A stretch of 64,000 bases of DNA from Clostridium sp. (GCF_032576335.1 NZ_JAWFXC010000013.1:1032-65031), one strand, 5' to 3'; counted from the first letter of the stretch, positions 20,235 to 30,477 are shown. The notes: generated by a model from the letters alone, not told the origin. Numbers and translations: made by a program.

Positions 20235-21872
20235 ATGAAAGAAACAGACACCAAAATACGCAAACCTCTTCGGCTAGGGGTTTTTGTTCCCTCATTTGTT
20301 ATTACAGGCGGAGCGGCATTACTTGGCCTAATTAATAACGAATGGCTTACCAGTGCAACTTATACTGTTTTCGAATGGTCCCTCAAGAACTTCGCATGGC
20401 TTTACCAACTAATTGCAATGTTTACTCTCATTATGATTGCGATTATGACTTTTTCTAAAATTGGTAATATTCGTTTTGGCGGCCCACAGGCCAAAGCCAA
20501 GTACTCGTTTGCTTCTTGGTTTGCAATGATACTTACCGCAGGAATTGCAACGGGACTCATTACATATGGTGCCAATGAGCCGCTCATTTATTTTGGTAAC
20601 ATCTATGGTGAGCTTACTGCATCAGGAATTAAGCCCGGCTCACCCGAAGCTGCCTATTTTGCAATGGGTCGTGTGTTCTATAACTGGTCATTTGTGCCGT
20701 ACGCCATGTACGCGCTTTCCGGCGTGCTCATTGCGTATTTGTACTTTAACCGTGAGCAGGAGCTTTCGGTATCTGCTTCCCTTACCCCCCTATTCGGGCC
20801 GAAAGTAACTCGTGGTCTTGCTCGCGATGTAATCGACACTTTATCCGTTCTGGCTATTGTTCTTGGCTTGGCCTCTTCCCTGGGTGCTGGTCTTGCACTG
20901 GTAGGCAGCGGCTTACAATCAGCCTACGGCATTGCACAGGGGCCCATCCTCTGGTTTGCACTTGCAACCGTGATTACCGTAGCGTTTACCGTCTCTTCAG
21001 TTCAAGGTATTGATAAAGGAATTAAATGGCTGGCTGACTTAACTTCAAAAATCTTTTACGGCTTGGTAGCCGCCCTCATTCTAATCGGGCCAACTCTTTA
21101 CATTCTGAACATGATGAACGTTGGTATGGGCTACTGGCTCGACCACTTCTGGTCTTGGGGTTTTGACCCCTACGTCATGGGCGGCGAGGCATTGGTCACT
21201 TGGTGGACAATGTACGACTGGGCAATTTGGATTGCCTACGCGCCTCTTATGGGTATTTTCTTTGCAATCATCTCTTACGGGCGCACCATTCGGCAGTTCC
21301 TTGTTGTAAACTGGATTGCACCCTCCGTTTTCAGTATAGTGTGGTTCAGCATTTGGGGCGCAACTGCTCTTGACTGGCAGACCACCGGTGTTGCAGACAT
21401 GGTATCCATCATTCAGCAGAACGGTGCGGTAGCCGGCATGTGGGAATTCTTAAAACACATACCCTTAAGCGTCATATTTATCCCAATTGTAATTATTACT
21501 TTGATTGCGGAGTACGCCAACACCGCAAACGGCATGGCAACTACAATTTCTTCCATTTGCACCAAAGAATCTCGCCACGACGAAGAGCCTGCCACTTGGC
21601 TAAAAATCCTTTGGGGTGTTACCATCGGTCTAATTGCTGCTATTATGGTGGCGTTTGGAGGCGGTGAACAAGGCGTTGACGGTGTAAAATACCTTGCGGC
21701 CTGCGGCGGATTTGCCGTATTGTTTGTCTATGTTCTTCAGGTTGCCTCTACGTTTAAAGTATTCTTCCTAGACAAAAGAACACGGGAAGATATTGTAGAA
21801 AGTGTAGATATGGTGGAAGAACCTGACCAAGAGGCCGGAAAGGAGCAAGTCTGTGCAGAAAACTTATCATAA
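20235..21872 (+). CDS. BCCT-family (betaine/carnitine/choline) transporter
   Basis: KIGNIRFGG, SWFAMI, EPL, GIDKGIKWL and WT..DWAIWIAYAP..G.F.A.ISYGRTIRQF motifs; AAGGAGG RBS. Confidence 0.93.
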   Translation: MKETDTKIRKPLRLGVFVPSFVITGGAALLGLINNEWLTSATYTVFEWSLKNFAWLYQLIAMFTLIMIAIMTFSKIGNIRFGGPQAKAKYSFASWFAMILTAGIATGLITYGANEPLIYFGNIYGELTASGIKPGSPEAAYFAMGRVFYNWSFVPYAMYALSGVLIAYLYFNREQELSVSASLTPLFGPKVTRGLARDVIDTLSVLAIVLGLASSLGAGLALVGSGLQSAYGIAQGPILWFALATVITVAFTVSSVQGIDKGIKWLADLTSKIFYGLVAALILIGPTLYILNMMNVGMGYWLDHFWSWGFDPYVMGGEALVTWWTMYDWAIWIAYAPLMGIFFAIISYGRTIRQFLVVNWIAPSVFSIVWFSIWGATALDWQTTGVADMVSIIQQNGAVAGMWEFLKHIPLSVIFIPIVIITLIAEYANTANGMATTISSICTKESRHDEEPATWLKILWGVTIGLIAAIMVAFGGGEQGVDGVKYLAACGGFAVLFVYVLQVASTFKVFFLDKRTREDIVESVDMVEEPDQEAGKEQVCAENLS

Positions 21873-23394
21873 ACCGGTTATTCTGGGAGGCACGCTTACA
21901 CTTGAAGACGTTATTGCTGTAGCACGCCACGGAGCAAAAGTGGAATTTTCTGAGGAATATCGGGAACGGGTCAACCGTTCCCGCGCCCTCGTGGAAAAAT
22001 GGGTGGACGAAAACCGCATTATGTACGGCGTTACCACTGGCTTTGGGGCTCTATGCACCAAAGCGATTACAAAGGAAGAAACGGCAAAGTTACAACGTAA
22101 TATCATTCTTTCTCACTCTACCTCCGTGGGGGAACCCTTTACCCCGGAGCAAGCGCGGGCAACCATGCTGATGGTTCTGCAAAACTTAGGGCAAGGTTAC
22201 AGCGGGGTTCGTCTTTTAATACTAGAAAAATACCGTGAATTCCTTAACTGCAATCTCATTCCTTGGATTCCCCGTGAAGGCTCTGTGGGATACCTGTGCC
22301 CAGAGGCACACATGGCTCTGGTACTACTTGGTGAAGGTAAGGCATATTGGAATGGCAGCCTGCTGCAGGGTTCTCAAGCGCTAGCTGCAGCGGGGATTGA
22401 ACCGATAGAGCTTAGCTCAAAAGAAGGGCTTGCACTGGTTTCGGGAACAACCTCTGTTACAGCATTGGCTTCTCTTTCCCTATACGACCTGCTCAATGCG
22501 GCAAAGTCAGCGGATGTCATAGCCGCCATCACATTGGAAGCCTCCAAAGGATTAATTCAAGCTTTTGATGATCGAGTCATGCAGGTTCGCCCCCACCCGC
22601 ACCAGAAAGAAACCGCAGCTAATATTCGTGAACTTCTGGTAGGTTCTGAGGTTATTGAACATTTCAAAAACGCCCGCATTCAAGATGCACTTTCTCTTCG
22701 TTGTGTCCCACAGCTTCACGGTTCCTCCAAAAAAAATCTTCTTGATGCCCGCACAACCATTGAGATTGAAATCAACGCCTGTTGTGATAACCCCATTATA
22801 TGGAGCAAACCAGGAGAAGAAGATGTTATTTCCGCTTGTAATCCAGATTCCTCCTATGTGGGAATGGAAATGGACAGCGCCTGCATTGCAGCAACCTGCC
22901 TTGCTAAAATGTCGGAGCGCCGCAACAATCGAATGATCGATGAAACACTCTCCGGTAGTCCATGGTTTCTCATTAAAAATCCCGGCCTAAACTCCGGTTT
23001 GATGATTCCGCAGTACACGCAGGCTGGTCTTTTAAACGATATGCGAATTCTCTCAACTCCCGCTACAATCGATAATACTCCTACCTGCGGTAATCAAGAG
23101 GATTATGTGGCGATGGGCTATAATGCTGCAAAAAAATCGATTCTAATTGCAGAAAAGCTGGAATACATTCTCGCTATTGAGCTTCTCTCTGCTTATGAAT
23201 CGCAGGTGTTCATCGATGAATCACTTGCTCGCAGCCCAGTTACCGCACAAATTTTGGCTGAAATTAGTCAACATGTACCTACGATTGATCAAGATATCTT
23301 CCTGCATCCTCACATTGAATATTTGCGAGAATTCATCCATTCCGGAAGACTGGCTGAACTCGCCGAACAAGCGATTGGGAGGTCATTATTATGA
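21853..23394 (+). CDS. HAL/PAL-family lyase lacking the MIO (ASG) motif; probable ergothioneine/hercynine-type trimethylamine-lyase
   Basis: YGVTTGFG, KEGLALV.GT, QDALSLRCVPQ, DNP, GLNSGLMIPQY and NQED motifs; GSVGYL replaces GSVGASGDL. Confidence 0.85.
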   Translation: MQKTYHKPVILGGTLTLEDVIAVARHGAKVEFSEEYRERVNRSRALVEKWVDENRIMYGVTTGFGALCTKAITKEETAKLQRNIILSHSTSVGEPFTPEQARATMLMVLQNLGQGYSGVRLLILEKYREFLNCNLIPWIPREGSVGYLCPEAHMALVLLGEGKAYWNGSLLQGSQALAAAGIEPIELSSKEGLALVSGTTSVTALASLSLYDLLNAAKSADVIAAITLEASKGLIQAFDDRVMQVRPHPHQKETAANIRELLVGSEVIEHFKNARIQDALSLRCVPQLHGSSKKNLLDARTTIEIEINACCDNPIIWSKPGEEDVISACNPDSSYVGMEMDSACIAATCLAKMSERRNNRMIDETLSGSPWFLIKNPGLNSGLMIPQYTQAGLLNDMRILSTPATIDNTPTCGNQEDYVAMGYNAAKKSILIAEKLEYILAIELLSAYESQVFIDESLARSPVTAQILAEISQHVPTIDQDIFLHPHIEYLREFIHSGRLAELAEQAIGRSLL

Positions 23395-23648
23395 AAAAAG
23401 AAGCACAGCAAATCGTAAAAATGGATTTGGTCAAAATCTTTTTGACTCCACCAAACACTAAAAAGGAAAAAATTGTTCTAATTCTGCTTATGCTGATTAC
23501 ATTCATGATTTTTTTCGGACCAATCTGTTTTACAGAAATCTCCCCCATTCGGGCCATCCTGATTGCCAGTATGCCGACTCTTTCTATTTCATGGGGGCTG
23601 ATTGCTTTGCTGCGCGCTAAATATCGTATCAAGGATTTTTGCAAATAA
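23391..23648 (+). CDS. Small hypothetical membrane protein (2 TM)
   Basis: ATGA overlap with the lyase stop, GGGAGG RBS, two hydrophobic stretches, terminator downstream. Confidence 0.65.
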   Translation: MKKEAQQIVKMDLVKIFLTPPNTKKEKIVLILLMLITFMIFFGPICFTEISPIRAILIASMPTLSISWGLIALLRAKYRIKDFCK

Positions 23649-23658
23649 CAGCTTCCAT

Positions 23659-23693
23659 AAAAAAGCATCACCATATCTGATGATGCTTTTTTT
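23659..23693 (+). terminator. Terminator of the BCCT-lyase operon
   Basis: AAAAAAGCATCA...TGATGCTTTTTTT. Confidence 0.75.
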
Positions 23694-23737
23694 GCGTTGC
23701 AAGCTTCTCCTTACCCATGAGAAGATTACCATTAATG

Positions 23738-23776
23738 CAAAACGAGGATAGGTGATGAACACCTATCCTCGTTTTG
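23738..23776. terminator. Perfect 17-bp inverted repeat (terminator-like)
   Basis: CAAAACGAGGATAGGTG-atgaa-CACCTATCCTCGTTTTG. Confidence 0.6.
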
Positions 23777-24214
23777 AAGAATACATTTCCATAACAATAG
23801 CCTTTGTCTCAGTATACTATTCCATTATAACTCCATCATACCCTTGTATAGAGAGAGTGATGGTTCCCCTGCTTATAATGTTAGAAATACTTTCCGATAA
23901 TCAGCTGTGTTCGATATAGTTGATATCGCTTGTTATGGTAGCACCCTAAGTTTTGTGGATTTCCGTAAAAAGCATTTTTTATATTACATTAAATCAGTAG
24001 TAAAATACCCCATGAGCATATGGAGGGGAAGTAATTTGCAAATCGTCATAATTACTTCCAATAATATTAAAGCACATTTAAAAGGCAATGTAAATACTTT
24101 TATTTCAAAAAATTAAATATTTTTATATATTATTTATATGTATTTTTTTAATTGGCTAATAAGTCTTTCACCATATCTGGAGTGCCTCTTCATGTCAGCC
24201 GCTCGCTTGTAAAG

Positions 24215-24246
24215 AAAACCCTCTTCCGTTTAGAAGAGGGTTTTTT
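24215..24246. terminator. Terminator after the ABC permease
   Basis: AAAACCCTCTTC-cgttta-GAAGAGGGTTTT. Confidence 0.75.
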
Positions 24247-24271
24247 CGCTCAAAGAACTTAGCTTCCTTTT

Positions 24272-25522
24272 TTATTCGTAACGCAGTGCCTCTATGGGGT
24301 CTAGCTTTGCAGCCTTGTTCGCCGGGTAATAGCCGAAGAACAAGCCAATCGCCATTGAGAACCCAACCGCCACTACAATAGAGCTAATGGTGGGCACAAC
24401 CGGGTGCTTAATTAAAATACCACCCAAATACCCAAGCGCACCGCCGGTTATAATACCCAAAATACCACCTATCACGCAAATAATCATCGATTCCACAATA
24501 AACTGAATGCGAATTGCGCTGTCTTTTGCACCCAATGCCTTGCGAATACCAATTTCGCGTGTACGCTCCGTTACCGATACTAACATAATATTCATAACGC
24601 CAATACCACCAACTAAGAGCGAAATACCTGCAATTACCGCAATGGCAAGAGACATGGTACTTAATATATTATTCATTTCAGAAAGCTCAGAATCAAGGCT
24701 GACCGCACGAATCATAACTTTTTCATTTTTAGAGTAATAATTATTATTAAAAAAATCCATAGTGTCCGCTGTAATCTTCGCGTAGTTCGACCCCATCAGT
24801 GCGCTTACCATAAAAGTGCTGTATCCATCGTCAGAATTAGCAATCCGTGTGGCCGCAGCCAATGGTAAATACATATTAGTAGTATCACTCTGCCCCATCA
24901 TCATTTGCATGGTGCCGCTTTCAACGCTTGCGTCCTCATAAATTCCAATGATGGTTACGGTCTCACGCCCTGAATCGAGAGATACCTTTATCTCCTTACC
25001 CAAAGGATTGGGATCCCCGGGAAATAAGAGCACAGCGAGCTTTTCAGAAATAACTGCCAGATTATTACCCCGTTTCGCGTCGCGGTCTGTAATAAACCGG
25101 CCGCTTTTGATTTTCACATTTTTGGTAATCGAAGCACCAGCGTTTACTCCTGAAACATCTACCTTATAGGTTTCCCCTCGAAACTTAATCGTACCGGAAC
25201 CAACACTGCGGGTAAGGCCTATTCCGTTGATTCGGTCGCCGTACCGCTCCACGTATCTGTCCAGCATTTCATCGGTAATCATGTCTTCTTCATCCATAGA
25301 CATGCTTCTTGCATTATCTTTGGGAGATACATAAACCTGAATATTCGTAATTCCGAAGGTTTCAAGCGCTTCGCTTACGGAACTAGTCATTGCCTTACCA
25401 ACAGATGAAATCGCAATAACCGAACCAATACCAATAATAATGCCGAGCATTGTAAGCAGTGCACGCATCTTATTTGAGATAAGGCCCGCTACTGCTAGGC
25501 GAACATTTTCCATTAGATTCAT
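24272..25522 (-). CDS. MacB/FtsX-type ABC permease (YknZ-like)
   Basis: RALLTMLGIIIGI, GGIGVMNIMLVSVTERTREIGIRKALGA and DPIEALRYE motifs. Confidence 0.95.
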   Translation of the reverse strand: MNLMENVRLAVAGLISNKMRALLTMLGIIIGIGSVIAISSVGKAMTSSVSEALETFGITNIQVYVSPKDNARSMSMDEEDMITDEMLDRYVERYGDRINGIGLTRSVGSGTIKFRGETYKVDVSGVNAGASITKNVKIKSGRFITDRDAKRGNNLAVISEKLAVLLFPGDPNPLGKEIKVSLDSGRETVTIIGIYEDASVESGTMQMMMGQSDTTNMYLPLAAATRIANSDDGYSTFMVSALMGSNYAKITADTMDFFNNNYYSKNEKVMIRAVSLDSELSEMNNILSTMSLAIAVIAGISLLVGGIGVMNIMLVSVTERTREIGIRKALGAKDSAIRIQFIVESMIICVIGGILGIITGGALGYLGGILIKHPVVPTISSIVVAVGFSMAIGLFFGYYPANKAAKLDPIEALRYE

Positions 25523-26253
25523 ACTGCCGCCTCCTCTTCTGGGAGGCGAGCACGATCCCGGTTATCCACATCGCTTACGATGTATCCGTCGCGGATGGTG
25601 ATGATGCGATCCGTTTCCTCCGCCAGCTCTTGGTTATGCGTAATAAGCACGATTGTCTTTTTCTGTTTTTCATGCAGGGTATGGAACAAATCCATAACCA
25701 AACGCCCGGTAGCACTATCAAGCGCACCCGTAGGCTCATCCGCCAAAATAAGGGCAGGGTCGTTTGCCATAGCACGGGCAATCGCCACACGCTGTTTTTG
25801 TCCGCCGGAAAGCTCGTTTGGCATATGCTTCCCGCGCTCCGACATCTCAACGAGCTCTAACAGCTCCTTTGCCCGCTTTATCCGCTGGGAATGGGGTACC
25901 CCTGCATACAACATGGGCAGTTCCACATTACCAATTGAAGTAGAGCGCGGAATGAGGTTAAAGGTTTGAAACACAAAACCAATTTTTCGATTTCGAATAT
26001 CGGAAAGCTGGTTACTCGGCATTTCTCGTATTGGAACGCCGTCTAGCTCGTACTCTCCGGCAGTGGGGCGGTCCAGCGCGCCAATCAGGTTCATCAGTGT
26101 CGATTTACCAGAGCCGGACGCACCAACAATCGAAACAAACTCGCCTTCGTAAACTGTTAAATCAATTCCGTGCAGAATCTCCAGCTCATTCGGGGTGCCG
26201 AGGTAATACGTTTTTACAATGTTGTGCATTTCAATGATGGTATTCCTGCTCAT
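25519..26253 (-). CDS. ABC transporter ATP-binding protein (YknY/MacB-like)
   Basis: GASGSGKST, LSGGQKQR and LADEPTGALD motifs. Confidence 0.96.
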   Translation of the reverse strand: MSRNTIIEMHNIVKTYYLGTPNELEILHGIDLTVYEGEFVSIVGASGSGKSTLMNLIGALDRPTAGEYELDGVPIREMPSNQLSDIRNRKIGFVFQTFNLIPRSTSIGNVELPMLYAGVPHSQRIKRAKELLELVEMSERGKHMPNELSGGQKQRVAIARAMANDPALILADEPTGALDSATGRLVMDLFHTLHEKQKKTIVLITHNQELAEETDRIITIRDGYIVSDVDNRDRARLPEEEAAV

Positions 26254-27986
26254 TACGACGCCTCCCCGGATGCCCCGCTCACCGCGTCTGCCAAAGCGGA
26301 GGCGCCGTTCGTCACTGTAATAAGCATTCCGGGAGACATGGATTTCGCGTCCGTAATAACCGGCATTCCAGAGGTGAGCCCCTCACCGGTAATTTCAATG
26401 GCCAAGTCAGTTTCCACACCCGTCGTTACCGGAATTGCTACTGCCTGATACGTATTATCTGACTGTTTTTGCGGGGTATATACAATCGTCTGCCCCTTCT
26501 CATTCGTGGTGAGTGCATCATAGGGCACCGCCAGAACACTGGATCTCTCCTGCGTAATAATCTTCGCCTTGGCAGTCATACCAATTCGCAGAGGTGTGTT
26601 GGGGGTTTGAATAAGAACCTCTGCCTCAAATTCTACGTTATTGTTTGTAGTAGTTGCGGCCGCTGCAGTGGATTTTGATGAGCCAGCGCCAACCGCCGCA
26701 GGGGCGATTTTCTGCACAATGCCTTCATATTCCACACTGCCTGTGGCGTCTGCGGTAACAATAGCCTTCATTCCCTCTTTCACGGAAGTAAGGTCATATT
26801 CTTTCACTTTTACCTTTACCTGCAGGCCCTGTGTATTCTCAATGGTAAACATAAGACCATTTGCGGTTGCATTTTCCTCCGCATACACAGCGGTAACGGT
26901 GCCAGAGGTAGGCGCTGTTACTGTGCATTTCTTCAGGTTATCGTTCAGCGTGCGAATATCAGCCTGAAGAGATTCGGTGTTTGCCGCAATCTTTTCAGAG
27001 TTAACGGCATCCTTTGCGCTGTTAATGGATTGATTGGCAGCAGTTTGCGCGGCCTCCAAAGAGCGTACGGCGCTGTCGTAAGAAAGCTGAGCATCCTCAA
27101 CTGCTTTCACATAATTCTTCATCTTATCTGTAGACGCGTTCTTTGCGTCGATAGAGGCGGCATTAAGAGATTTTTGTGCATTGTTGTAAGCAAGCTGAGC
27201 ATCTTCTTGGGCTTGACGCAGTACTTTTAAAGATTTGAAACCGGTGTTCTCATTTGTGATTCCGTTTTCTTCCTCAAAGTCGTCAATTTCCTTTTGCTTT
27301 GCATCAATCAGTTCCTGACTTTCTTTCCGATTCTTTAAATCTTTCAGATCATCTTTGAGGTCTTTAAGGCGGTCTTTAAACTCTTTCTTAGCATCGTTGT
27401 ATTCCTTACTTGCACGCTCATAGGCACTCTTTGCCGTATCGAGAGCGGCATTTGCAGACACCAACTGGTTTTTCATTTCTTGATCGACACGAGCCTGATT
27501 CACATCTCGGTCATCAATCGCTTTGCTAAGCGTGCGCTGAGTATTGGTCACCTGGTCTTGCGCGGCATTTATCTGAGTATTCAGCCCTTGATCCAGATTG
27601 TTTTTCGCATCCTGGTAGCTTTTCTCTGCAATTTGAATTCGCTGCTGCGAGCTTTGGGTACCGGTGCGAAGAGCAATCTGCTTTTGCTGTAAGTTGTTAT
27701 GTAGGTCTGTTTCATCCAGCTTGGCTAACAGTTGGCCGGCTGTCACTTTATCTCCTACCTTTACCGGCACGCTTTTAATTGGCGCTGAAACCTCAGCGTA
27801 AACGTAAACGGAATCTGTACTTTGCACATTACCGCTGGCCTCAACGGTACCGCGCAATGTTTGCTGTGCCAAGGTCTCTGTTTGCACAGGTGTTGCCACA
27901 GGGCCTTTGGGAGAGAAAAGGGCATACGCAGCCGCAATTCCAACCACTACGACTCCCGCAATAATAAGTATTTTCTTTTTTTTCAC
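26253..27986 (-). CDS. Membrane-fusion/adaptor protein (YknX/HlyD-like) with a long coiled coil
   Basis: N-terminal TM, VKVGDKVTAGQLLA lipoyl half, APTSGTV, LRIGMTA; GTG start after GGAGG. Confidence 0.9.
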   Translation of the reverse strand: MKKKKILIIAGVVVVGIAAAYALFSPKGPVATPVQTETLAQQTLRGTVEASGNVQSTDSVYVYAEVSAPIKSVPVKVGDKVTAGQLLAKLDETDLHNNLQQKQIALRTGTQSSQQRIQIAEKSYQDAKNNLDQGLNTQINAAQDQVTNTQRTLSKAIDDRDVNQARVDQEMKNQLVSANAALDTAKSAYERASKEYNDAKKEFKDRLKDLKDDLKDLKNRKESQELIDAKQKEIDDFEEENGITNENTGFKSLKVLRQAQEDAQLAYNNAQKSLNAASIDAKNASTDKMKNYVKAVEDAQLSYDSAVRSLEAAQTAANQSINSAKDAVNSEKIAANTESLQADIRTLNDNLKKCTVTAPTSGTVTAVYAEENATANGLMFTIENTQGLQVKVKVKEYDLTSVKEGMKAIVTADATGSVEYEGIVQKIAPAAVGAGSSKSTAAAATTTNNNVEFEAEVLIQTPNTPLRIGMTAKAKIITQERSSVLAVPYDALTTNEKGQTIVYTPQKQSDNTYQAVAIPVTTGVETDLAIEITGEGLTSGMPVITDAKSMSPGMLITVTNGASALADAVSGASGEAS

Positions 27987-28354
27987 GGCGTAATCCTCCA
28001 ATGGAAAAATGAGAAACCCTACTCAAGTTGTATTATTTTATTAGTACAATAATACACCAATGTTGAAATAAAATCAATCGATTTCATATCCAAAGGCTCT
28101 ATTCTTCAGAATTTTACAGAATAGTCATAATTTTGCATGTTACTGAAAACAAAATTGTTAATGAGATTAAATATATAATAATTTTATATTTTTCTAAAGT
28201 CAAGGTTATTACACTGGAAACAATATAAAACAGTAGTTTGTATAAAGGTTCTGTTTCCCCTAAGGCATTTTTATGGTAAAATAGCCTCAATTCAATAAAT
28301 TGGTGAACAAGACTGCATACGATTGCAGTAAAAAGATGGAAAAAGGTGACATTT

Positions 28355-29098
28355 ATGAAGCTGCAAGGATGGTATTTGTATAACAGTTCCTTTGTTTTAA
28401 AGACAGAAACACAATGCTTTTTATTTGATTATTATCCTTATGTGGGTGAGCCGAAAGTTGGTTCGCTGGAGTCTGGCAAACTTGACCTGGAACAAATCCG
28501 TGATTTTGGGCTGCCGTTAACGGTATTTGTTTCCCACGCACATTATGACCATTTTGATAAAAGTATTTTTTTAATTAAGAATAAAATTTCAAACGTTCAT
28601 TTTGTAATTTCTGATGACGTGCCCTTTACGCCGGGTTTTACCAGTGAGCAGATTTTAACCGTACAAGCTGGCAAACAGTATGAGTGGAATGGGCTTACCA
28701 TTCGCACCCTTCTCTCTACCGACCAAGGGGTCGCGTTCTTGATTCGCATGCCCGAGGGTACCATTTACCATGCAGGCGATTTGAACTTTTGGGATTGGGA
28801 AGGCGAAAGCACTGCATACCGCCGCCAAATGGAGCAAGATTACAAGCAGCAAATCGACTGCATTGCCGGTGAGCACATTGATTTAGCATTTGTACCGCTG
28901 GATGGACGGCTGGAGGCAACGTACTGGAAAGGCTTGGATTATTTCATGCGTTCTACACATACCCAACACGTTGTGCCCATGCATTTTCGTGACCAATACG
29001 AGGTATTTGACTGGCTGAACCGTCAGCCACAAGCAAAGGAATACCTTAACAAGGTTGAAGTCATTACCCATAGCGGTCAATCATTTTGCCTTGACTAA
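28355..29098 (+). CDS. MBL-fold metallo-hydrolase
   Basis: SHAHYDHF, YHAGDLN and VPMH motifs. Confidence 0.9.
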   Translation: MKLQGWYLYNSSFVLKTETQCFLFDYYPYVGEPKVGSLESGKLDLEQIRDFGLPLTVFVSHAHYDHFDKSIFLIKNKISNVHFVISDDVPFTPGFTSEQILTVQAGKQYEWNGLTIRTLLSTDQGVAFLIRMPEGTIYHAGDLNFWDWEGESTAYRRQMEQDYKQQIDCIAGEHIDLAFVPLDGRLEATYWKGLDYFMRSTHTQHVVPMHFRDQYEVFDWLNRQPQAKEYLNKVEVITHSGQSFCLD

Positions 29099-29176
29099 CA
29101 AAGAATGATACAAAAGCGCGTGAGGGAGACTTTCCCTTCCGCGCTTTTTTACCGGGAAAAATCGCCTAAGGCGAAA

Positions 29177-30385
29177 TTAACCCTTTATAAATTTTTCCAT
29201 TAGCAAATGGCCTGTGTCAATACGCAAGCCGGTTGCTGCCGCAGATTCCTCGGAGAAGCACTCTACTCCGGTTGTCGGCTGGTCTTTGCGGTAAATGAGG
29301 AACGGTACGGGGTCATTGGTATGCGTACGCAAAGCCAGTGGTGTTGGGTGATCCGGCACCACCAGTATGCTGTAATCCTCGTATTGCTCTAAATTTTCGA
29401 GCAGTCCCTTTAAAATACGGCTATCGATATATTCAATCGACTTTACCTTGTTCTCAATTTCGTGGCGGTGTCCACATTCATCTGGAGCCTCTACATGGAT
29501 GTATACAAAATCCTGCCCATTTGCCAGCTCATCCATTGCCGCCTGCGCTTTTCCCTCAAAGTTGGTGTCAATATAACCGGTCGCTCCCTCAACGTGCACC
29601 ACGTTCATGCCGGAGAATTTACCAATGCCCTTGAGCAAATCCACCGCAGAAATCATAGAGCCTTTCAGTCCGAACTTTTCTTCAAATGCAGAAAGCTGCG
29701 CACGAACGCCCTCACCCCACAGCCACATGCTATTTGCCGGGCGCTGGCCGCGAGCAACACGTGCCTGATTTACCGGATGGTCTTTGAGCAGGTCGTACGA
29801 TTTCACCATCATATCATACAGCTTTGCCGCATTGGGGTGTGCGGGTATGTACTCCCGAATCGGCTTGCCGGTAATATCGTGCGGGGGGGTTAAGGTGCCA
29901 ATCTCCAGCGTGCCACCGTTCCAAATCAGGCAGTGGCGGTAGCTTACGCCGCTGTACAGCTTAAATTCCTCGTTGTCGAAATGCTCAGCCAAATACGCGA
30001 TAAGCACCTCGGCCTCTTCGGTAGAAATATCATCGGCACAGTAGTCCAAAATCGTCTTGTCGGCGTACTCCGGTTCATCCGAAAGGGTAACCAAATTACA
30101 GCGGAAAGATACATCCGTTGGCTTCATATCAATGCCAATACTTCCTGCCTCCAGAGGAGAACGGCCAGTATAATACACGGCGGGGTCGTACCCCAAAACC
30201 GAGAGGTTTGCAACATCGCTACCGGGCTTTAAATGGTCCGCCACCGTTTTCACCAAGCCGACCTGCGCTTTCTTTGCAAGAGAATCCATATAGGGCTTAT
30301 GAGCGGCCTGCATGGGGGTCTTACCACCCAGCTCCTCCACCGGATAGTCCGCCATTCCATCGCACAACAAAACTACGTATTTCAT
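29177..30385 (-). CDS. apgM: Cofactor-independent phosphoglycerate mutase (ApgM type)
   Basis: DGMADYP, PGSDVAN, HVEAPDECGH and PDHPTP...HT motifs. Confidence 0.9.
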   Translation of the reverse strand: MKYVVLLCDGMADYPVEELGGKTPMQAAHKPYMDSLAKKAQVGLVKTVADHLKPGSDVANLSVLGYDPAVYYTGRSPLEAGSIGIDMKPTDVSFRCNLVTLSDEPEYADKTILDYCADDISTEEAEVLIAYLAEHFDNEEFKLYSGVSYRHCLIWNGGTLEIGTLTPPHDITGKPIREYIPAHPNAAKLYDMMVKSYDLLKDHPVNQARVARGQRPANSMWLWGEGVRAQLSAFEEKFGLKGSMISAVDLLKGIGKFSGMNVVHVEGATGYIDTNFEGKAQAAMDELANGQDFVYIHVEAPDECGHRHEIENKVKSIEYIDSRILKGLLENLEQYEDYSILVVPDHPTPLALRTHTNDPVPFLIYRKDQPTTGVECFSEESAAATGLRIDTGHLLMEKFIKG

Positions 30386-30477
30386 GGAGAGTTGTCCCTT
30401 CTGTATGATGATTTAAATATTCCATCTAACTTAGTCTATTCTAACATAATCGATTTCTGTTTTCAAATATTTTGTCG

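Noticed and set aside
21853..23394. Calling the lyase hutH
   Set aside because: The MIO-forming ASG is absent and no other hut genes are adjacent.
23907..24116. 69-aa ORF in an AT-rich intergenic region
   Set aside because: No RBS, no motif and atypical composition.
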